A stretch of DNA of 64,000 nucleotides. It comes from Chloroflexi bacterium RBG_13_51_36 (GTDB lineage Bacteria; Chloroflexota; Dehalococcoidia; GIF9; AB-539-J10). The notes beneath the pieces were generated by a model. The model was not told the origin of the DNA and ran no database searches. It was given only the letters and a program-made list of their open reading frames with translations. The translations under genes were made by a program, and so were the position numbers. Shown here piece after piece: positions 9,956 to 19,545 of this stretch (position 1 is the first letter of the stretch; each line of letters starts with the position of its first letter). The DNA is taken from NCBI GenBank assembly GCA_001796515.1, contig MGMS01000028.1, positions 4,355 to 68,354 on the forward strand, in the 5' to 3' direction.

Positions 9956-10875
9956 AGAAAAAGGCAATCATCATCAGTGTATGCATATTGGCATTGCTTG
10001 CGGCAATACTGACTCCAATTATCCTACTTTGCAGGCCGGCGGCAGATAAGGTGGTTGTAATTCCTCTGACTGGAACTATCACCACCGGGGATTATTCATC
10101 GCTCTCTAGCTCGACCATTACCCCGGGGTTGATGAGATACTATTTGTCGAAAGTGAAGAAAGACAAATCCGTCAAAGCGATTGTTTTACGTGTAGAAAGC
10201 CCCGGCGGTGAGATAGAGCCCTGCCAGGAGATCCTGCTGGAGATAGAGAGAATCAAGGAAACGATGCCTATCGTGGTGAGCATGGGAGGGACGGCTGCCT
10301 CAGGCGGGTACTATATTTCAACCCAGGCTGATAAGATTGTCGCCCTTCCCACCACACAGACGGGGAGCATTGGGGTCATCTCCGCAATAATAAACATCGA
10401 AGAGCTTCTGGAGAAATTGGGTATCCGGATAGAAGTATTCAAGGGCGGCAAGTATAAGGACATGTATCGGGGATTCACGGAAATGACGCCGGAGGAGCAG
10501 GAAATCATGCAGGGAATGATTGACGAGTATTACGAGCAGTTTGTCGATGTCGTGTCTGAGGGCAGAGGGCTGAGCAAGGAAGAAGTCAGAAATCTGGCCA
10601 CGGGGCAGCTTTATAGCGGTACCGAAGCCAAAGAGTTGGGTTTGGTTGATGAACTGGGAGATTTGCAGACAGCCATAGATTTGGCTACCGAACTGGCCGG
10701 CTTGGAAAGTGGGACAGTGGAGTACTACCAGCCACCCAGGCTCACACTATGGTCGCTGCTGGGGCTTGTCGATGCCATAAAGGCGAGGATATCGGGGTTG
10801 AGTGCCCAGGATGTAGTTTTGCTGGAAATCTTAAACCACAACTATCAACAACCTCTATTTCTGTATCAAGGCTGA
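9952..10875 (+). CDS. sppA: signal peptide peptidase SppA (36K type, S49 family)
   Basis: N-terminal TM anchor followed by an S49 ClpP/crotonase-like fold (GGTAASGGYYIS). The GTG start overlaps the aroE stop as GTGA. Confidence 0.8.
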   Translation: MKKKAIIISVCILALLAAILTPIILLCRPAADKVVVIPLTGTITTGDYSSLSSSTITPGLMRYYLSKVKKDKSVKAIVLRVESPGGEIEPCQEILLEIERIKETMPIVVSMGGTAASGGYYISTQADKIVALPTTQTGSIGVISAIINIEELLEKLGIRIEVFKGGKYKDMYRGFTEMTPEEQEIMQGMIDEYYEQFVDVVSEGRGLSKEEVRNLATGQLYSGTEAKELGLVDELGDLQTAIDLATELAGLESGTVEYYQPPRLTLWSLLGLVDAIKARISGLSAQDVVLLEILNHNYQQPLFLYQG

Positions 10876-12044
10876 TGGGGCAATTTCGCTTTCTTACCGG
10901 TGGAGAATCCCACGGAAAGGGGTTGGTAGCCATAGTGGAAGGGATGGTGGCTGACCTTCCTTTGGAGGAAGGATATATCAACAAGGAGCTCAAGCGCCGC
11001 CAGCAGGGCTACGGGCGTGGGCCCCGCATGAAGATTGAAGAGGATAGGGCGGAGATTGTGGCCGGCGTTCGGTATGGGCGCACTATGGGTAGCCCGATCG
11101 CTCTATTCATCACGAATCGGGATTGGCAAAACTGGCGGGAAGAGTTGAGCGTTGCGCCTGTCGAGAAAGAGGTTGAGCCTGTAACCTGTCCCCGCCCGGG
11201 ACATGCCGACCTGGCCGGAGTGACCAAATATGGGCTCAAAGATATCAGGGTGATTATAGAAAGGGCCAGTGCCCGGGAGACAGCCGCCAGAGTAGCTGTG
11301 GGAGGCATAGCCCGAAGATTTCTGGAGGAGTTGGGCACTACCATTCACAGCCACACTGTGGCGATTGGCCCGCATCACTGGAAGCAGAGCAGAGTGAGCC
11401 CCATAAACTGGCAGCAGGTAGAAACCTCGCCAGTCCGTTGTACTAATGCCAAACTGGGAAGGGTGATGATGGCAGCCATTGATGAGGCCAAAGCTGATGG
11501 AGACACGTTGGGGGGTGTTTTCGAGGTGATAGCTACTGGTATTCCCGTCGGTCTGGGCAGCCATGTTAATTGGGACCGTCGTCTCGACGGCAGGATTGCC
11601 CGGGCGATGATGAGCATCAATGCCGTAAAAGGAGTGGAAATCGGAGCGGGATTCGCTCTGGCCGGGCTCAAAGGCTCGCAGGCACACGACGTTATCGAGC
11701 CCAATCTGCGTAGAAAAACAGAGGAGCTGCCGTGGCGACATATCACCAACCGTGCCGGTGGTATCGAAGGTGGTATAAGCAACGGCGAAGATATAACAGT
11801 GAGGGGAGCAGTCAAACCTATTGCCACGTTGGCTACGCCTTTACGTTCTATAGACCTTGGCAGCGGTAAGGCAGCCAAGGCTCACTATGAGCGCAGCGAC
11901 ATCTGTGTTGTGCCGGCCGCCGGGGTAATCGCCGAAGCCATGTTAGCCATTGTCCTGGCCGATGCTTGCCTGGAAAAATTCGGCGGAGATAACTTGAAGG
12001 AGACTCTGACGAATTACCGTAACTATCTAGGCGACCTCTCTTGA
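10875..12044 (+). CDS. aroC: chorismate synthase
   Basis: MGQFRFLTGGESHGKGLVAIVEG... is the canonical AroC N-terminus. Start ATG 10875 overlaps the sppA stop as ATGA. The listed ORF start at 10749 is an upstream extension in the same frame. Confidence 0.9.
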   Translation: MGQFRFLTGGESHGKGLVAIVEGMVADLPLEEGYINKELKRRQQGYGRGPRMKIEEDRAEIVAGVRYGRTMGSPIALFITNRDWQNWREELSVAPVEKEVEPVTCPRPGHADLAGVTKYGLKDIRVIIERASARETAARVAVGGIARRFLEELGTTIHSHTVAIGPHHWKQSRVSPINWQQVETSPVRCTNAKLGRVMMAAIDEAKADGDTLGGVFEVIATGIPVGLGSHVNWDRRLDGRIARAMMSINAVKGVEIGAGFALAGLKGSQAHDVIEPNLRRKTEELPWRHITNRAGGIEGGISNGEDITVRGAVKPIATLATPLRSIDLGSGKAAKAHYERSDICVVPAAGVIAEAMLAIVLADACLEKFGGDNLKETLTNYRNYLGDLS

Positions 12045-12122
12045 TTGAGCGACTAGTATCCCGGAGCGGACTCCGTGGCGACATACGAAAGAGGTGATGT
12101 ATAGGGCCTCCAATGTCGATAA

Positions 12123-12797
12123 TCACTGGAGGAAGGGATTTCCCCGGCGTTCGTCGCCAATAGTTGTGGACGGTCCGTGGCCGGGGTAGACGACGGTTTC
12201 ATCAGGCAGAACCATAAGTTTTTCACGAATGCTCTTCATCAGACGTTCGTGGCTCATTCCGGGAAAGTCGGTCCTGCCCACGCCAAGATTGAACAAGGTG
12301 TCGCCGCTGAAGACCACTCCGTGCCCGGAAAGACAGATCCCGCCGGCGCTATGCCCCGGGGTATAGAGGACTTCAAAGGACAAATCGCCTACGTCTATGC
12401 GGTCACCGTCTTTGAGTAGTCTGTCCGGCCGGGGCGGTGATTTGACGGGAGAGATACCAAGCGAAGTCAGCATACGTATGGGCGCGGAGAACGCTAACCC
12501 TTTTTCTGCCTCGTGAATGGCAAACTGGGCACCGGTGTTTTGTTGAACTTCGCGAAGGGCGCCGACGTGGTCTATATGGGCATGGGTTATCACGATTATG
12601 GCTATGGATAGTCCCGTTTGTCGCACCGTTTTCAAAATAGTGTCAGCTTCAGCACCGGGGTCGATAATCATACCCTGTTTGGTTGTGGATGAACCGACGA
12701 TATAGCAGTTGGCTGCGAAAGAACCGACCACCAGCATCTTTATAATCATGGCTCTTTTCACCGGCGAGTTCGCAGCCGAATCCGCTAAGTATAACAT
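12123..12797 (-). CDS. MBL-fold metallo-hydrolase (glyoxalase-II-like)
   Basis: THAHIDHVG metal-binding motif and downstream His/Asp ligands. The true start may be the internal Met at 12749 or 12737 (MLVVGSFAANCYIVG). Confidence 0.75.
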   Translation of the reverse strand: MLYLADSAANSPVKRAMIIKMLVVGSFAANCYIVGSSTTKQGMIIDPGAEADTILKTVRQTGLSIAIIVITHAHIDHVGALREVQQNTGAQFAIHEAEKGLAFSAPIRMLTSLGISPVKSPPRPDRLLKDGDRIDVGDLSFEVLYTPGHSAGGICLSGHGVVFSGDTLFNLGVGRTDFPGMSHERLMKSIREKLMVLPDETVVYPGHGPSTTIGDERRGNPFLQ

Positions 12798-12843
12798 GGA
12801 TTCGCGTCAGGTGAACAAACGAATCCGGAAGAGGGTTACCAGT

Positions 12844-13890
12844 CTACAGAGGGTGAAAGCACGCGACGTAGTGGTCGCTGCTGACAGGCCTGAGCTCCGG
12901 CGCAAGTTCGCGGCACTCGTCGCTTGCCCGGGAACATCTGGGGTGAAAAGCGCAGCCGGGTGGTGGGTTGGCTGGACTGGGTACTTCACCTGGCAGGACA
13001 ATGCGGCCGACCCTTCTGCTGGGGTCAGGGACTGGCGTCGCCGCTATCAAGGACTGGGAGTATGGGTGACGTGGCGAGTGAAATATCTCCTCCGGCCTGC
13101 CCATCTCTACCACCTTGCCCAGGTACATCACGGCGATATAATCGCAGACGCTCTCCGCGATTAAGAGCTCATGGGTGATGTAGAGGTAGGTAAGACCGAA
13201 CTCTTTCTTGAGGTCCTTCAGAAGGTTGAGAATCTGGGCCTGGACAGAGACGTCCAGAGCAGAAGTCGGTTCGTCAAAGGCGATAAACTCCGGTTTGGTA
13301 GCCAGGGCACGAGCGATGGCGATACGCTGGCGCTGGCCGCCGCTGAATTGGTGGGGATAACGCTCCAGTTGTCCGGCGCTCAAGCCAACCCTCTCCAGCA
13401 GCTCCTTGACGGCACTCCGTGCTGCCTCTCCAGATAGGACATGATGTATCCTCAGCGGCTCACCGACCGTGCTCTTTATCTTCATGCGCGGGTCCAGAGA
13501 GGTAAACGGGTCCTGATGGACAAGCTGGGCACGGCGGCGCAATGAGCGCAGCCTGTTGCCGGAAAAGGTCGCCAGGTCATTTTCATTGAGAAGGTAGTTG
13601 AGCTTGCTGCCGTTCTTGCCCTGCGACTCTAACTCCTCTATTAACGCCTTCGTCTCATCGGGGACATCGAAGTAAATATGGCCGCTGGTTGGTTTCCAGA
13701 GGCGGATAACTGTTTTGGCCAGTGTCGTCTTGCCACAGCCTGATTCGCCGACCAGTCCCAGCCATTGCCCTCTCCTGATCGCCAGACTGACGCCATCAAG
13801 GGCTTTGACCATTCCCACCGGTCTCCTGAAGACGCCCCCCAATATTGGAAAGTGTTTCTTCAGCTTCTTGATATCAACTAAAGTATCCAT
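12844..13890 (-). CDS. peptide/nickel ABC transporter ATP-binding protein (OppF/DppF-like)
   Basis: Walker A GESGCGKTT, LSGGQRQR signature and an oligopeptide-transporter C-terminal domain with a Cys cluster. Start chosen at MDTLVDIKKLK, which sits 3 nt after the upstream ATPase stop. The 97 upstream codons of the listed ORF 12844..14181 overlap the neighbouring ATPase gene. Confidence 0.85.
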   Translation of the reverse strand: MDTLVDIKKLKKHFPILGGVFRRPVGMVKALDGVSLAIRRGQWLGLVGESGCGKTTLAKTVIRLWKPTSGHIYFDVPDETKALIEELESQGKNGSKLNYLLNENDLATFSGNRLRSLRRRAQLVHQDPFTSLDPRMKIKSTVGEPLRIHHVLSGEAARSAVKELLERVGLSAGQLERYPHQFSGGQRQRIAIARALATKPEFIAFDEPTSALDVSVQAQILNLLKDLKKEFGLTYLYITHELLIAESVCDYIAVMYLGKVVEMGRPEEIFHSPRHPYSQSLIAATPVPDPSRRVGRIVLPGEVPSPANPPPGCAFHPRCSRASDECRELAPELRPVSSDHYVACFHPL

Positions 13891-13892
13891 AA

Positions 13893-15050
13893 TTAGTACA
13901 GATGACAGGCCACCATGTGGTCCTTGGAGACCTCTTTCAGTTTGGCTCTCTCTTGCCCGCAAATCGGCATGGCGCTCGGGCACCGCGGGTGAAAGCGACA
14001 GCCCGGCGGGGGATTCAAGGCGTCGGCCAGAACGCCCGGGATAGTCTCCAGTTTCTTGCCGGGCATGGGCACAGCATTCAGCAAAGCCTTGGTGTAAGGA
14101 TGCAAGGGGTGGACGAACATTTCCCCGACTGGAGCTACTTCGCAAAGCCTTCCGGCGTACATAACCGCCACCCGGTCGCAAACTTCGGAAGCCACCCCCA
14201 GGTTATGAGTAATGAAAAGAATGGAAGCTCCCTTATCCACCTTGATGCGCCGGAAGAGTTCCAGCATCTGTGCCTGAATGGTGACATCAAGCGAGGTAGT
14301 GGGTTCATCGGCGATGAGAAGCTCCGGAGAACAGGCCAGCGCCATGGCAATCACCGCCCGCTGTTTCATTCCGCCGGAGAGCTGATGAGGGTACTGAACA
14401 GCCACCCGAGCGGCGTCGGGGATTTCCACATCCTTCAACATATCAACCGTGAGCAACTTGGCCTCGTATCCCATCCGCCAGAGAAGGCGCCTGAACAGCG
14501 GAAGGCGGCCCAACAGGCGGGGCTCAAAAGCATGAGACTCCTTGGCTATCTTGTCGTAAATCCTTCTCTGCCACCCCCAGAAAGGTCTCTTCACACCGGC
14601 GGCCAGGCCGTTTCCATCGCTGAGCAAACTGTCCAGCCGCTGTTTGGCCCGCTGGGCCAGCTCCCGGCGGCGGTGAAGCAGAAAGACTTCCGAAATCTGG
14701 TCACCGATGGTATAGACCGGGTTCAAGGCAGCACCGGGCTCCTGAAAGACCATGGATATCCTGTTGCCGCGGATGGACCTCATCCTGTCATCCCTCAATT
14801 TCAGCAATTCGAGTTCCTGGTCGATGCTTTTGTCGAAGAAGAGAATGCTCCCCGATTCTATCTTGCCGGGATAGGGGATGAGGCGGAGGATAGCCAGGGC
14901 GGTCATTGTCTTTCCCGAACCGGTCTCACCCACTATTCCCAACGTTTCTCCCTGCCTTATTTCCAGGTCCAGGTCGTCAATGGCGTAGACTATCCCTTCA
15001 TACGTATAGAACCTGACTGCGAGGTCTCTTATCTTGATAAGGTCTTTCAT
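13893..15050 (-). CDS. peptide/nickel ABC transporter ATP-binding protein (OppD/DppD-like)
   Basis: Walker A GETGSGKT, LSGGMKQR signature and a C-terminal oligopeptide domain. Start at MKDLIKIRDL (ATG 15050) is adjacent to the permease stop at 15052. Confidence 0.85.
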   Translation of the reverse strand: MKDLIKIRDLAVRFYTYEGIVYAIDDLDLEIRQGETLGIVGETGSGKTMTALAILRLIPYPGKIESGSILFFDKSIDQELELLKLRDDRMRSIRGNRISMVFQEPGAALNPVYTIGDQISEVFLLHRRRELAQRAKQRLDSLLSDGNGLAAGVKRPFWGWQRRIYDKIAKESHAFEPRLLGRLPLFRRLLWRMGYEAKLLTVDMLKDVEIPDAARVAVQYPHQLSGGMKQRAVIAMALACSPELLIADEPTTSLDVTIQAQMLELFRRIKVDKGASILFITHNLGVASEVCDRVAVMYAGRLCEVAPVGEMFVHPLHPYTKALLNAVPMPGKKLETIPGVLADALNPPPGCRFHPRCPSAMPICGQERAKLKEVSKDHMVACHLY

Positions 15051-15051
15051 C

Positions 15052-15921
15052 TTAGCGTCTGGCCAACCTCGGATCAAAGATATCCCTGAATGCATCGCCC
15101 AGAAGGTTCCAGCCCAGCACAAAGAACAGGATGAACACGCCGGGCGTGATTACCGCGTACCAGTATTTCAAGGGGTCATTCTGCGGTCCTACGATCCAGT
15201 TGCGGGCAAACTCGGTCATCTGCCCCCAGTCGGCATATCCTTCGGGAGCGCCCAGGCCCAGAAAGCTCAGTGCCGCCGCTGAGAGGACCACCGCCCCTAT
15301 GTCAAGCGAAGCCATGATAAGCGTGGGGTAGATGGCGTTGGGCAGGACGTGCCGCAGTATGACTCTGGCGCTTGAAGCACCGAGGCCCCGAGAAGCCTCG
15401 ACATAGTCCTCTTCGCGCAGCGCGAGTATGTCGCCACGGATAAGACGCGCGTAGGAGGGCCACCACACAACGCAAAGAGCGATAATAACGGTGTTGATGC
15501 TGGGCCCTATGGAAGCGACGATTGCCATGGCCAGAATGAGGGCCGGAAAAGCCAGGAAAACGTCGGTGATGCGCATGATGACTTCATCAATCTTCCCCCC
15601 GAAGTAGCCTGACAGGCTCCCCAAGACGAGGCCGATGAGAATCGTGATGGCCATGACTAAGAAGGCTACCCGGAACGCAGTGCGGGCGCCCCAGATACAG
15701 CCGTAAAAGATATCGTACTGCCCCTGGGTGGTGCCGAAGATGTGCTCCTCACTGGGAGGCTGTGGCGTAATCGAGTAACCGTCGTGGGGTATCAGATAGG
15801 GATCTCGATGACCCTCAGGCACCGGAGCGATAAGAGGAGCGAAGATGGCGAGTGTGATAAAGATGAAGATTATTATGACGCCGGCCAGAGAGAGCGGGTT
15901 CCTGACAATCTGGCGCAGCAT
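15052..15921 (-). CDS. peptide ABC transporter permease (OppC/DppC-like)
   Basis: Six-TM BPD_transp_1 family with an EAA-like loop. Start chosen at Met (MLRQIVRNPLS), preceded by a GGAGGAGG ribosome-binding site in the 14-nt gap after the upstream permease. The longer listed ORF would overlap that gene. Confidence 0.8.
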   Translation of the reverse strand: MLRQIVRNPLSLAGVIIIFIFITLAIFAPLIAPVPEGHRDPYLIPHDGYSITPQPPSEEHIFGTTQGQYDIFYGCIWGARTAFRVAFLVMAITILIGLVLGSLSGYFGGKIDEVIMRITDVFLAFPALILAMAIVASIGPSINTVIIALCVVWWPSYARLIRGDILALREEDYVEASRGLGASSARVILRHVLPNAIYPTLIMASLDIGAVVLSAAALSFLGLGAPEGYADWGQMTEFARNWIVGPQNDPLKYWYAVITPGVFILFFVLGWNLLGDAFRDIFDPRLARR

Positions 15922-15935
15922 GAGCTTCCAGCTGC

Positions 15936-16982
15936 TCACTGCACTCCTCCTCCTAGCCTGACCCGCGGGTCGACGCGGGTGTAGAGGATATCCACCACCA
16001 GGTTGACCAGGACAAACATGACGGCCATGAACAGGGCGAAGCCCAGCACCGATGATATGTCCAGGCGGAGCGCCGACTGCGAGGCCCACCAGCCCATGCC
16101 TTTGAAGCTGAAAATGGTCTCGGTAATGACAGCGCCGCCGGCCAGGGCGGCAAATAGATAGCCCGATACGGTTATCACCGGGATGAGGGCATTACGGCGG
16201 GCATGCTTACTGATAACCAGTTTCTCCTGAACACCCTTGGCCCTGGCGGTGAGAATGTAGCCCTTGCCCAGAGACTCCAGCATGCTGGAGCGCATCAGCC
16301 TCATAATGAAGGCCACGTTGACCGTGGAAATGGTGATTACCGGCAGAATAAGATGCCTCAAGGCATCCAGGAGGACCGGCCCGTTCAGATTGAGGATGGC
16401 GTCGAGGGTGTTGATGCGGGTGTAGCGGATGAAGTCCCCCGAAGTGACCATGATTTCCATCGCGCTGCTTAGTCGGCCCGGCGGCAACAAGCCGCGGAAA
16501 TAACCGTAGAAAATCATCATCAGTAGCAGCCCCAGCCAGAAGGTGGGCAGCGACCATCCCAGGATGGCGACTACCCGTGTGGCATGGTCAACGGGCTTGT
16601 CCTTGTGGGCGGCGGCCCTACTGCCGAAGAAGATGCCGGTTAGAATGATAATCGGCGTGGCGAATATGGCCAGCTCCAGCGTAGCGGGCAGATAATGAAA
16701 GATGGCCCGCCCGACGGGCATCGAAACCACGTTTGACCAGCCCAGATTACCGTGAAATACCTGATTGAGCCAGGTGCCGTACTGTACGAAGAATGGCCTG
16801 TCGAGGCCGTACTGCTCTATGATAGACGGCAGGTCCCGCATCCCCTGCGGACTGGTGACGTAGAGAGTCGCCCGCTCTGTTGGGGAGAAGAACATGGTGA
16901 TGGCGAAGATGAACACGGTTACCCCGAACAGCACGGGGATAAGGAGAAGCAACCGGCGGGCGATGTAAGCTCTGAGTTCCAC
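15936..16982 (-). CDS. peptide ABC transporter permease (OppB/DppB-like)
   Basis: MELRAYIARRLLLLIPVLFGVTVF is the typical OppB N-terminus. GTG start. Confidence 0.85.
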   Translation of the reverse strand: MELRAYIARRLLLLIPVLFGVTVFIFAITMFFSPTERATLYVTSPQGMRDLPSIIEQYGLDRPFFVQYGTWLNQVFHGNLGWSNVVSMPVGRAIFHYLPATLELAIFATPIIILTGIFFGSRAAAHKDKPVDHATRVVAILGWSLPTFWLGLLLMMIFYGYFRGLLPPGRLSSAMEIMVTSGDFIRYTRINTLDAILNLNGPVLLDALRHLILPVITISTVNVAFIMRLMRSSMLESLGKGYILTARAKGVQEKLVISKHARRNALIPVITVSGYLFAALAGGAVITETIFSFKGMGWWASQSALRLDISSVLGFALFMAVMFVLVNLVVDILYTRVDPRVRLGGGVQ

Positions 16983-17080
16983 GGCACACCTTTATACCAT
17001 AGAGAGACCCCCGCCTGCAAGCGGGGGTCTCTCGGCTTATCTCACTGTGCACACAAGGCGCACTTCAACATTGTCCCTGC

Positions 17081-18880
17081 TTATGATTCCGACTTGCTCA
17101 TCTCGTACAGGGGGCCCGGAGTGCCGGGAATTGTCGGGTTGAAGTAGAAGCCTGATATGTACTTGGTGAAGAACCGCCTGCCCAGCGGCTGGGCCAGCAT
17201 GATTCCACCTGGGTCGTCGTGGTAAGCGTTGTGGATGTCCGCGTACGCCGCATCCCTGGCAGGCCCATTGGCCATAAATCTGGCCGCCTCGATCATTGCG
17301 TCGACTGTAGGCGAGCCATAGTCCTGGAAGTAGGCGAAGTCACCCTCGCTGAACATGAAAGGAGTGATGAAGTTGTCCGCGTCGGGGTAGTCGGCTATCC
17401 ACCCTATCTGGAACAGGGGCAGAGGTCCCTTGGAGGTCTCTGTCTCGGTGAAGATGTTGTCCAGAATGGTCGGCCATGCCATGGGCAGGATGCTGACCTG
17501 GTACAGGGGGTTGATGCTGTACAGGGCCTCGGCCAGGATCTCACAGGCGGTCTTGCGCGGTATATTGCCGCTGTTGTAGACCATGGTGAACTTGAAGCCC
17601 AAGCTTGTGAGGTTGCCGCCCCAGGCCAGGTCTAGTTCTGCCGCAGCTTCGACTAGGTCCTGCTCGTACTTGGGGAGATCAGGGTCGTAGCCCGCAAGAC
17701 CGTTGACGAGCGGCGAACCGAGCATGGTACCCTCGCCCAGCAGGGCATCGGCAAGGTACGTGTCGTAGTCGAAGGCCAGGGAGAAGCCCTTGCGGACGTG
17801 TATGTCGGTGAAGAAGTCCGACGGGATGCCCTCGCCGTCAAGCATGCCACTGCCAATCAGGTCGCTCTCGGGGTCGATGTTCATGTTGAAGAACAGGCAG
17901 TCATTGGAAAGCTCGGGTAGGGCGGAGATTTTGAGAAGGTCGTCAATATCGAGCAACTCACCGATGTACGCTCTCGGCACGTAGACATGGTCGGCGTCGC
18001 CGTTCAGGAGCGTCAGCTTTCGGGAACTCCATTCATCTACCCACTGGGTGATGACCGTGTCGAAGGGCGGGGCGCCGCGCCAGTAGTCGTCATTGGCTAT
18101 GAGCCTGATGTACTCGCCAGCTTCCCACAGGTCGAGTTTCCAGGGCCCGGTGCCGTTGGCATGGTTGTAGAGGTAACTGTCCTGTTTGTCCGGGTTGTTG
18201 TAGGCTTTCCATCCCTCTCCCGACAGGTCGCCGTCCCACTCTCCGTTAGCCACGCACCATTCCTTGTCGAGGATGGAGCCCCAGGACTGGACCAGGATCT
18301 GCTTCCACTGGATCGCCGGGAACTCGAACGCGAAGTTGAACTGCACCCAGTCGGTGTCAACAATTTCCACGGCTGCGTCGATCTCTGCACCAGTGACCGT
18401 GATGTTTCCAGCACTGCGGGTGCGGAATTTGCCCAACAGCGGGTAGTTGAACATCCAGGTAGGCCCACCGGCCCTGTCCTGAACCAGCGCCCGCTCGAAG
18501 GTGTATTCGACATCTTCGGCCGTCAGGTTGCCACCCTCGTGGAAGGTGATGCCTGAGGCGATATGGAACTTCATCGCCGTGGTACTCACTTCTGTCCAAT
18601 TGGTAGCCAGACCCGTTATGAAGTCGGTTGTGCTTTCTTGGTCGTAGGAGAGGAGTGTGTCATAAATATAATCCGTCTGCTCGCCGCTGGCCGTGTCATA
18701 GCCCCAGGCAGGATCGAGGGAGTCGACTTCTCCGATGGTCTGCTGGATAAACTGGCCGTCGTGCAAGTATGGAATCGGCTCGCTACCGCCGCCGTCACCT
18801 GTACAGGCTGGAAATACAACAAGAGAAAGGCAGAGGACTGCCACGATTATCCAGCCCATTTTTGAAAACATCTTACTCAT
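17081..18880 (-). CDS. ABC transporter substrate-binding protein, family 5 (peptide/nickel)
   Basis: 599 aa with a signal peptide followed by Cys (lipoprotein-like) and an SBP_bac_5 architecture. It is the first gene of the SBP-permease-permease-ATPase-ATPase operon. Confidence 0.85.
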   Translation of the reverse strand: MSKMFSKMGWIIVAVLCLSLVVFPACTGDGGGSEPIPYLHDGQFIQQTIGEVDSLDPAWGYDTASGEQTDYIYDTLLSYDQESTTDFITGLATNWTEVSTTAMKFHIASGITFHEGGNLTAEDVEYTFERALVQDRAGGPTWMFNYPLLGKFRTRSAGNITVTGAEIDAAVEIVDTDWVQFNFAFEFPAIQWKQILVQSWGSILDKEWCVANGEWDGDLSGEGWKAYNNPDKQDSYLYNHANGTGPWKLDLWEAGEYIRLIANDDYWRGAPPFDTVITQWVDEWSSRKLTLLNGDADHVYVPRAYIGELLDIDDLLKISALPELSNDCLFFNMNIDPESDLIGSGMLDGEGIPSDFFTDIHVRKGFSLAFDYDTYLADALLGEGTMLGSPLVNGLAGYDPDLPKYEQDLVEAAAELDLAWGGNLTSLGFKFTMVYNSGNIPRKTACEILAEALYSINPLYQVSILPMAWPTILDNIFTETETSKGPLPLFQIGWIADYPDADNFITPFMFSEGDFAYFQDYGSPTVDAMIEAARFMANGPARDAAYADIHNAYHDDPGGIMLAQPLGRRFFTKYISGFYFNPTIPGTPGPLYEMSKSES

Positions 18881-19545
18881 TCAAACCTCCTTAACTGAAT
18901 TCTTTCGACCTATAGTTTGGTTCTCCGTACTCTCACTCGATAGGCATCACCTCCCTTTTTTTATGTTGTTTTATCTTTAAGAATACACTAAGAGTATTAA
19001 AATCCTGTTAAGTAAACCTGCAACAAAAAATTGTTCAGAGCTTTCTTTACAATTTGCCGGCATTCGCAGGGAAGCCGGCCGGGCTCAGGGACAGATGCCG
19101 GTCACGGCTCCGATACCGATTTCCAGAACCAGCGTCACGAATATGAACATCACTCTCTCTCGGACAGACAAAGGGATTGCGCTTTCGCGCAGCTAGTCTG
19201 AACTTATATGGTAACCCGCCCTCGAGAATTTGTCAACTAGTGTTACCAGTTCATATCATCGGGGGGACTTTTTTGGAGATTGTGAGGGCAAGATTCCTCT
19301 GTCACGCTTCGGAAACATGGTGCAGAAGCCCGGGTGCACTATAGAGAAACCGAAGGCGACGAAGCAGCGGTGGCAGGTCGGGAGATTGCCCGCTCCCGCC
19401 TGCCAAGGCCTGACGGGCAGGTCGCTCGCAATGACAAAATGAACAAAGGGCTGGCAGCAGCATTCGGTAATTGATAATCGCGGCCTGCAAATGCGGTTCT
19501 TGCTCTATTTCACGTTTTTCAATATACTGACATCTATAACCGGAC

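Noticed and set aside
12844-14181. Long N-terminal extensions of listed ORFs (oppF 14181, oppD 15122, oppC 16089, aroC 10749, dnaN 31858, glk 33678, otsA 41793, rnc 63161)
   Set aside because: The extensions overlap upstream genes or lack RBSs. Internal Met starts align with protein-family N-termini and give classic abutting or overlapping operon junctions.
19022-19035. AACAA-aaaa-TTGTT and the ATGCAAC/ATTGCAT palindrome at about 54549 as operators
   Set aside because: Very short arms in AT-rich context; they may be chance, so they are mentioned only in passing.
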